This document shows, one piece after another, positions 55,136-64,000 of a stretch of 64,000 bases of DNA; position 1 is the first letter of the stretch; the number at the start of each line of letters is the position of its first letter. This stretch comes from Octopus vulgaris (lineage: Eukaryota), in contig OX597817.1 of the NCBI GenBank assembly GCA_951406725.2, forward strand, positions 142,414,001 to 142,478,000. The letters are read 5' to 3'. The translations under genes and the position numbers were made by a program. A model generated the notes under the pieces. That model saw only the letters and a list, made by a program, of their open reading frames with translations. It was not told the DNA's origin and did no database searches.

Positions 55136-56357
55136 GTTGTTTGAATTACTGTGTGTGAATAATTATCTCTCCTCTATCAGCCGTGTTGCTAAAACTATCA
55201 ATTCGCCCATCCACTTCCCTCTCTTCCTGCCAATTTTCTTCTTTCTCATCATTATCATCATGAACGTCATCATCAACTTCATCGTCATCATCGCCATCAT
55301 CATCGTCATCGTCATCATCATCGTTATCCTCATTACCATCATCATCGTCGTCATTACAACCTCTTTTACATTCACCACCACCATATTCATCTCATTTATT
55401 ATCACCAATACCACCACCGTCATCATCATCGTCATCGTCACTGTCATCACTGTTATCATTGTCGTCATCTTCCTCACCATCAACATCATCATCATTATCA
55501 TCATCGTCGTCGACGTCGCCGCCGACATCATCATTATCGTTACCACCACCAACACATTATCACCACCACAACCAGCTAGTCTGCGAAACCTATTGTCTGT
55601 AGGGCACTATTGAAAAGCTAATTTTCAAAACGAACATAACACTAACGAGGGATGGGGCAGGAGTCTGTTTCCCATTGCGCTCTTCGGGCCCTTCAGTAAC
55701 AGTCGATCATGACACTGCAAACTACTGAAACCCCACATCCTCTTAAAAAGTGTTACTAGTTAGTAGAGCAGGCTATACCTGCTGCAACTGAAAATTGGTA
55801 CCGCAGGGTACCCGTTTATAGCTATATGATGTAGATCTGTTCATGTGATTTCTGCTGTGTAGCGTAGTTTTACACCCGTTAGGTTCATAGATCGTTAGGA
55901 TAGTAAACTGATATTCAACGAATCTGACATTCAATTAACGAACACCAGCTTTCAAATATGATGGCTGTAATGTTTCGATGCGTTAGTTTCGTGCTTCAGT
56001 GGTCACTACCCTATTCGCATCATCCTTAGTTTCCCCTAAAAAACAAAAAAATTTAAACGGTATAAAGCTAATATCATGAATTTGTGTAAAAACATCAACA
56101 CTTGACGAAACTGATATTCTATGGGTCCGTTTACTTGGCGCCCTACTGTGCACGGAAAATTACTTTATGAATTCAGTATACGCAATTAAGACAATACTTA
56201 ATTAAAATACAAATCAGTATATCATATCGGCCTATATTCCTCAGTGACAAGTGATCTCATTCCACCTCGATTGAGATACTCAAAGTCGCTCATCACCTCC
56301 CTTCTTATAATCAATGTTGCGTCTGACACGCCAGCCTTGCCACTCACCACTATCGAC

Positions 56358-56768
56358 TTTTACTTTTTAATTATTTCAGTCATTGAATTGAGGTTCTGCT
56401 GGGCACAACCACGAAGGAGTTCAGTCGAGGAAATCAACCCAGTACTCATATTTTAAAGTTCAATACTTATTCTATCAGTCTCTTTCGCCAAACCGCTATG
56501 TTCTGAAAACGTAAACAAGCCATCAACGGTTCTCAAGCGGTGGTGGGCTCAAATACAAATATAAAGGCGTGCACACACACACACGACTGGCTTCCTTCCC
56601 TTTCCGTCAACCAAATCCAATCAGAGGGACTTGGTCGGCCCGACGCTATAGAAGATACTTGCCCAAGGTGTCACACAGTACAGCCCCATAGTCTTGGTTC
56701 AGTAGAACTGAACCTAAGACTATGTGGTTAAGAAGCAAATCTCTTTCCACATAGCCACGCCAGCGCCT
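56358..56768 (-). mobile_element. older SINE family A-related copy
   Basis: Diverged match to head (TCTTTCCACATAGCCACGCCAGCGCCT) and tail. Confidence 0.75.
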
Positions 56769-56769
56769 A

Positions 56770-57185
56770 TTCTCTGAATCACCGCTATAAACCCCCGGCC
56801 TTCAGGATCACCCTCTCTGTTGATATCATTCTTGCTGAATCGACATTTTAGACACTACAGTGATGGTACCAACCTCACCTAACTTTTCAGATCCGGTGTA
56901 AACCACCGATATTTCCCATCCATCAGAAAAGAACTATCCCTAACACTCCATCGCATCTAATCCACATGTGGCAGGCATAAACATCACAACATCAAATTCC
57001 TTTTATACATGTAAAGATCATGAGAGTTCAGCTGGAAGATCAATTTATTTCTTAAATCATATGGAAACTGTCAGCGAGTCTACTTCAACCCGCTTTCTAG
57101 CTTTGACATGTTAATTCATCTTTCTCAATGCTGCTTGGTGTCTTTAAGAAATATAGAAACACCATCAGATCCTGTGTTCCTGTTC
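56770..57185 (+). mobile_element. possible highly decayed LINE reverse-transcriptase remnant
   Basis: CACTACAGTGATGGTACCAACCTC = HYSDGTNL (YADDT-like) and a later SWK-like motif; multiple disruptions. Confidence 0.3.
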
Positions 57186-57490
57186 ATGTTAATGTCAGAA
57201 ACAATCAGTATGTTTTGATATAGTTGCAAGCGGTAAAGCTTCTGAAGCAATTGACTCCATTTAACACACACCAAGTGCGTGCGATGATTTATTATGCTTA
57301 TCATATTATTAGAAAGTGGACCGACGATGATGGCTTGTGTGTGTGCGTTTGTGCGCGCGTGGTTGTCTCTATATTGACGGAAATTAGACCGTTAAAAGTT
57401 TCTCTGATAAAACCGACTTTTAAATCATCCAATTTACTACGTTCCATCAACATGACATTATACACGTGATGGCTTTCTAAAGCTAATGCT

Positions 57491-57880
57491 TCAGCCCTAT
57501 CTACTGCAGCCTTATCTACTGCAATCGAATCCACTGCAACCTTATCCACTGCAGTTTAATTTGTTGCAGCCTTATCTACTGCAATTGAATCCATTGCAAC
57601 CATATCCACTGGAGTCTAATTTGTTGCAGCCTTATCTACTGCAATCGAATCCACTGCAACCTTATCCACTGGAGTCTAATTTGTTGCAGCCTTATCTACT
57701 GCAATCGAATCCACTGCAACCTTATCCACTGCAGTGTAATTTGTTGCAGCCTTATCTACTGCAATCGAATCCACTGCAACCTTATCCACTGGAGTCTAAT
57801 TTGTAGCAGCCTTATCTACTGCCTTATTTCCTAAGACGTTTGCCACTGCAGCCATATCTCTTGCAGCCTTAACCACTGCA
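57491..57880. repeat. 60-bp higher-order minisatellite built from 15-bp monomers
   Basis: GCAGCCTTATCTACT-GCAATCGAATCCACT-GCAACCTTATCCACT-GGAGTCTAATTTGTT, repeated ~5 times with degenerate edges. Confidence 0.92.
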
Positions 57881-58277
57881 ATTAAGGTGTATGCAGAAGC
57901 TAAAAGAAGAACTGTGTCCTATGCCACCTAAAAGAAGGATTGTGCGCGGCTGTTACTGGCCTAGAAGATTGCCCCACTAACTAACGCATAATCCAGTATC
58001 TTTTCTCCCACATTTCTAGATTTCCGCTCTAGTGGGCATAAGATGTTGAGAAGCCCACTCGAGGTCGATAGTCATCTGGACAACGGTTAACTTCGACTCG
58101 TGGGTCACTTCTCGTCATTTCAAACGTTTTGTCTGCTTTTCAAATATTCGTTTCTACGCTAGGCACAAGCCCAAAATTTTGGGTTAAGGGGGGGCAGTCG
58201 GTTAGTGGTTATGGCATTCGGCTCACGATCCAGCCACTTGCATGTTAATTTCATGAGCAAGTTGTTGCCAGGAGCCT

Positions 58278-58324
<47 letters not shown>

Positions 58325-58344
58325 TCTCTCTCTCTCTCTCTCTC

Positions 58345-58438
<94 letters not shown>

Positions 58439-58632
58439 AGATTGTCTTCGCAGTTACCGTATTACTCACAAAGCATTGGTCGGTCCGGGACTATAGCAGA
58501 AAACACTTGCCCAAGGATTTAATCGATTAAGCCAAAGTAAACGAAGATAACTCAACCACACTGATTAGAAGAAACTTTTGATCGACGCACCGATTTCACA
58601 CACACACACAAACACAAAAACAAGAATATGCT

Positions 58633-58679
<47 letters not shown>

Positions 58680-58681
<2 letters not shown>

Positions 58682-58812
58682 GACGAGCTTCTTCCATGGC
58701 TTTGGTCGGCCCGAGGCTATAGTAGAAAACACTTGCTCAAGGTGCCATGCAGTACGGGTGTACGCGGAACCATGTGGTTGGGAAGCAAGCTTCTTACCAC
58801 ACAGCCACGCTT
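58680..58812 (-). mobile_element. SINE family A head
   Basis: GGCTTTGGTCGGCCCGAGGCTATAGTAGAAAACACTTGC...AAGCTTCTTACCACACAGCCACGC. Confidence 0.8.
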
Positions 58813-59566
58813 GCATGTATGTATGTATGTATGTATGTATGTATGTATGTATGTATGTACGTATGTATGTATGTATGTATATGACTGCAACACACTCAGA
58901 CTTAGAGATAGAGGGCTTCAAGACAGGTTGCGGACTACCAAGTTTCGGTCACAAAGACATTGGCCAACCGTAGTCTGCAACAGAAAACACTTCAGGTGCT
59001 AAGCTATAAAATCGAACTTGGAACGACAAAATTACCAAACCAACTTTTGAACCTCGCTACCATTCCTGTTTCCCCCCCTACTTATATCTTTGGAACTAAA
59101 ATAAATCGATGCAAACATGAACTTTATACAAAACGTTGCTCCAGGAAAAAAACAGCTCTGCAACTTCTCAAACATAGGTTAACAACTAAAAGGACGCTCG
59201 CTTCTTGTTTTGGTTCTTCCTTGCAGACATTTCATGGAATTCTTCTGTTTAGTTGGATACTGTATAGCTATGTAGTGCTTGTTCCGTAATAGTGGTTCAT
59301 CTTTTTGTTTCGGAATTTCTATTACAGGAAACTCCTATTATATGCCGAGTTGAAGATTTTCACGGAATGTTGTTTTCAAGAACAGAAAAATTGCGCTTCT
59401 CTCTTTCTCTCCTTCTCTTTTTCCTCTCTCTCTCTCTTTCTTTCTCAATACTGTACAACCACATACCTAGAGGGAAATAGAGGTAGAGAGAGAAAGAGTA
59501 TAAGAACGAAAAGCGAAAGGGAGCGAGAGAAAGCCAGAGAGATACGGCGATAGATAGATAGATAGC

Positions 59567-59614
<48 letters not shown>

Positions 59615-59722
59615 AGTAGGTAGGTAAGTAGGGGGTAGATAGATGGATAGATAAATAAAGAGGCAGACAGACAGACAGACAGACAGACAGATAAACAGAC
59701 AGACAGACAGACAGACAGATAG

Positions 59723-59759
<37 letters not shown>

Positions 59760-59803
59760 CAGCCAGACAGACAGATAGAAAAAGAGAGAGATAGGTAAAC
59801 AGC

Positions 59804-59911
<108 letters not shown>

Positions 59912-60334
59912 CATACATACATACATACATACATACATACATACATAGACAGAGAGAGAGACAGAGAAGAGAGGGAGCGTAATGAATAAATAGAAAGAGA
60001 GAGAAAGAGAGGGTGAGAGAGAGCGAAATAGATAGATAGATAGATAGATAGGTAGATAGAAAGAGAGATAAGTCAGTGAAAACGAGAGAAAAAAAGAGAA
60101 AGAAATTCTAGACTCGCAAACGCACAAACGAATAAATATTTCCAGTTTCTATAAGTTTCTGTGTGATGTGTGTGTGTGTGTATGCGTATGTGCATGCGTG
60201 GATGAGGTTGTGTACGTGTCTTTACGTCCTGTGTGTATATATGTAAGGCAGAGTGAAAGAGGAGGCAGACAGCAGAATAATTTGCATACACGTACACAGC
60301 CACACGCGATGTCTGCATGCGTATGCATATATAC

Positions 60335-60391
<57 letters not shown>

Positions 60392-60634
60392 GGTGGGTGT
60401 AGTTATGTATCTGTCTCTGTAGCTCTTTATCAACTTCCCTGTTGGTCTGCTTGCTTGAGTTTCCTCAGATTTAATCTTGTCTAATTTTTTTTTTCCTTCT
60501 TGCTTGTTCCTTGTTTCTCTTTTACACTCTGCTCTGTTCGTACGCGTGTGTACACACGAATAGTTCCTATACACACACACACACACACGCATATGCATAT
60601 ACATACACATACACATATATATAGATATAGATAT

Positions 60635-60689
<55 letters not shown>

Positions 60690-60776
60690 TATTCACTCCT
60701 CATGAATTCTTATACACAAATTTGGGGAAGGGGTTTCGCGCGTGTATGTGAGTTTTAAAACAAATTCTTATGTATA

Positions 60777-61103
60777 CAGTAATCCCTCGACTACCGCGGG
60801 TGTTACGTTCCAAAAACCCCGCGATAGGTGAAAATCTACAAAGTAGAATCCGTACTGTGCATTCTTTTAAAATTATTTTTATAATTTGTATATATTTATT
60901 TTATTAGAAATGCAAAGCCACACCACAGAGGAATCGACGCAAGCTTAAATAATAAACCGCGATTTACTGTTCTCTAAAAGTGCTTAGTTACACCCAAACA
61001 CACACAGCTTTCATATTGTACTTCAAAACAAAAATTCGCACGAACTCAGATCGTACAGTAAATTACTCGTGCAATGGGGCGCTCGTACTGCGAGGTTCTA
61101 CTG
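60777..61103. mobile_element. Tigger/pogo-like MITE (possibly chimeric)
   Basis: TA|CAGTAATCCCTCG ... CGAGGTTCTACTG|TA. Confidence 0.65.
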
Positions 61104-61292
61104 TACTAGAGTTTATTAAGGGGAGTTGTAAATGTTTTATAGCAGTAATCGTCAACCATGTTTCATATGGGCCCTGAGGGTCCGTATAATATTTTTGGGT
61201 GCCCACGCAAGAAATTAGTAAATTGGGAATTGACATTAGTACTTTAAGGGGTTCCCTGAAATAATTTTGCTTTAGATAGGCGCAGTAGCTAT

Positions 61293-61452
61293 AGGTGCAG
61301 CAGTGTCTCTGTGGTAAGATGCTTGCTTCCCAATCACATGGTTCTGGGTTCAGTCCCACAGCGTGGCACGTTGGGCAAGTGTCTTCTAATATAGCCTTGG
61401 ACCGACCACAGACATGTGAGTGAATTTGGTAGACAGAAACTGAAAGCTCGTC

Positions 61453-61496
<44 letters not shown>

Positions 61497-61812
61497 TTAT
61501 TTATTTATATATACACATACACACCCACCCACCCATATATGTGTGTGTGTGTGTGTGTAAGTGTGTGTTTGTATGTATGCATATATGAATGTATGCATTT
61601 GTGCATCTGTGTTTATCCTCACTACCACTATCAGCGTCGCTTGACAACCAATGTTGATGTGTTTGCGTCCTCGTAACTTAGTAGTTCGGCAAAAGAGAGC
61701 CGATAGAATAAGTACTAATGCTTACAAAGAATAAGTCTTAGGGTCGATTTGTTCGACTAGGGATGATGCTCCAGCATGGCCGCGATCAAATTCCTGAAAC
61801 AAAGAAAATAAA
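61293..61812 (+). mobile_element. SINE family A
   Basis: Head, internal microsatellite and tail GCTCCAGCATGGCCGCGATCAAATTCCTGAAAC. Confidence 0.88.
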
Positions 61813-62109
61813 AATAAAAATAAAAGAAGATATGTATTGGTATGTAATGCAAAGAAACCGCCAGGTTTCTTTCTTGAATGTTCTACAAGGTTCAACCTGC
61901 ACAAGTTAACATGTGAAAAACAAAATGAGGGACTTTCGAAGGAAGCTTCTATAAAATTCGTTTTTATACATCGAATGGCTATGGAGGTAAACTAGAATGA
62001 AATAGTAATCAAAAGGAAAGAAAATGAAAAAAATAGTTGAGGATCTCTTTTTCACAGGGTAAGATAAAGTTTTTGTCTGGTTAAAAAGAAAATAAAAGCT
62101 GAAGCGGTT

Positions 62110-62215
62110 CACGCCAGTTGACGCAGATCCTGGTTCGTTAATTGGCTGATTGCAATAGGCTGTTGAGCAACGACCAATCACAGACGTCATTAAAACAACC
62201 TGTCAACTTCCGGGT
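62110..62215. promoter_or_regulatory. candidate promoter/enhancer motif cluster
   Basis: TGACGCA 62119, ATTGG 62141, CCAATCA 62174, GACGTCA 62183 and ACTTCCGG 62206 within ~100 bp of non-repetitive DNA. Confidence 0.4.
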
Positions 62216-62360
62216 TTTAGGGATGAGAGATTCCACGGCGATTATCCATCATCATGGACATTCGTTTACATCCTCTTTCTCTCTCCCTCTCTCTTTCTCT
62301 CTATATATCTCTGTATATATACACATTCTTTCATTCTTTATTCTTTTTTTTTCATTTATT

Positions 62361-62535
62361 CTTTTACTTGTTTTAGACATTTGACTGCGGCCTTGCTGGA
62401 GCACCGCATTAAATCGAACAAATTGACGCCAGGGCTTATTCTCTGTAAGCCTACTACTTTTTCTGTCAGACTTTTTTTTGCCGAACTGCTAAGTTAGGGA
62501 GACGTAAACATAACAACATCGGTTGTCAAGCAACG
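62361..62535 (-). mobile_element. SINE family A, 3' half
   Basis: CTTTTACTTGTTTTAGACATTTGACTGCGGCCTTGCTGGAGCACCGC...CAACATCGGTTGTCAAGC. Confidence 0.82.
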
Positions 62536-62626
62536 TATGTGTGCGGGCGCGTTCGCGCGCGCGCGCACGCGTGTGTGAGTATATGTGTGTGTGTGTCTGC
62601 TACATCGTTTGTGTGTGTCTGCTACA

Positions 62627-62772
62627 TCTGCTACATAAAAACTGAATTTTTAATTATTTTCTGAGATTTTACAAAAACAACAAAAATTTTTTTTTTTTTA
62701 TCTGCTACATAAAAAATGTGAATTTTTAATTATTTTCTGAGATTTTACAAAAACAACAAAAATTTTTTTTTA
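62627..62772. repeat. ~72-bp tandem duplication
   Basis: TCTGCTACATAAAAA..TGAATTTTTAATTATTTTCTGAGATTTTACAAAAACAACAAAAATTTTTTTT occurs twice. Confidence 0.88.
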
Positions 62773-63058
62773 TTTATAGCCATCATATGGCTTGCCATGT
62801 AATATGTAGTTTAAACCTTGCCGAAATAAACTATTCTCCACATATCAGGCATTAAAGTGATCTTAGGTCCAACAGAATATCTTTTAGCTATTTAAAACCA
62901 ATGAGAAAGGCATTAAAGTCACCGAATCACCTTTACTCTTCTCTATAAAAATGATTTTTGAAGCAAGAAAATATAGCCATCCATAATATTGTTACTGTTG
63001 TTGTTGTTGTTGCTGCTGCTGTTGTTGTTGTTGTTACTGTTGTTGTTGTTGCTGTTGA

Positions 63059-63118
<60 letters not shown>

Positions 63119-63484
63119 TGGTACTGGTGCGCTTGCTATTGTTTAGTCAAAGGTCAGCCCTGATCAACAAGATTTATGACTAAAAGCTGTCCAGCCGTGA
63201 TCATCTTATATATTTTGTATATCTTAAATTTACATTCGATAACGTAATCTTTTACTATAGAATACAGTATGGCGAAGTCTCAAGGAGATTTTGGTTACTA
63301 TTTTTAGCAAGTTCACTGACCTCCTACAGACTTTTGAATACAATGAAAACGTGTCTGGAGACTTTAACAGAATCCACTTGGCCGTTTCTCTATTTTAAAC
63401 TTAAATCTCATCGGAGCCAACTTTGTTTTCCATTCCTCTGGTAGAAGACAACATTGCTATTGTGATTTACCAAACCACTGGCAA

Positions 63485-63765
63485 CGTGGTGGTGGTAGTG
63501 GTGGTGGTGGTGGTGGTGGTGGTGGTGGTGGTGGTAGCGGTAGTGTCAGTAACAGCGATGGTGCTAGTGGTGTTGGTGTTGGTGTTAGAAGCAGCAGTGT
63601 TAGTAGTAGCGGTGGAAGTGGTAGTGGTACAAGTAGTGATGGTGGTGGTGGTGGTGGTGGTGGTGGTGGTGGTGTTAGTAGAAGCGGTGGAGGTGGTGGT
63701 GGTGGTGGTGGTGGTGGGTGTTGTAGTAGTATTAGTGGTGGTGGTGGTGGTGGTGGTGCAAGCGG
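63485..63765. repeat. (GGT)n/(AGT)n low-complexity tract
   Basis: Direct reading. Confidence 0.9.
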
Positions 63766-64000
63766 AAGAAGTAATTGATTCTTATAAGACAAGAGAAGTC
63801 GTTGTTGTCCGTGATCGCTTGCCATATGACCGACGTCGAAGGCTGGAGATAATTGTAAGGATGCTGATTATGCGGCAGGGTTTCAATTTCCAGTTTGTTT
63901 GTCTTTTATATAATATTTTACTCAATATAGATACATACTCATAGATATATACACACATATATGAATACACAAACATTTATATGCAAATGCACACAGAATG

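Overview
AT-rich, microsatellite-saturated eukaryotic DNA whose interspersed repeats match the tRNA-derived SINE families of octopods (organism inferred: Octopus or a close relative). No protein-coding gene can be named. Most ORFs in the track are translations of (TA)n, (CA)n, (GGT)n, (ATC)n or (AAT)n tracts, and most of the rest lie in SINEs. The window is mainly intronic/intergenic. It holds many SINE copies from at least four families (my labels A, B, C, E), several with swapped heads and tails. It also holds non-autonomous Helitrons and a Helentron, Tigger- and hAT-like MITEs, a mariner remnant, and LINE remnants (R4/Dong-like, CR1/L2-group, RTE). Several Penelope-type termini carry minimal hammerhead-ribozyme motifs. 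One stretch (18593-18846) is a plausible terminal coding exon ending in a GPI-signal-like tail. The two most interesting observations are (i) a head-to-head palindromic element at 53035-53810 built as tRNA-like head + (AAT)n + hammerhead tail, and (ii) an array of about 15 copies of a conserved ~23-nt core with divergent spacers at 49717-51665. All alignments and folds were done by eye, and boundaries of old repeats are approximate.
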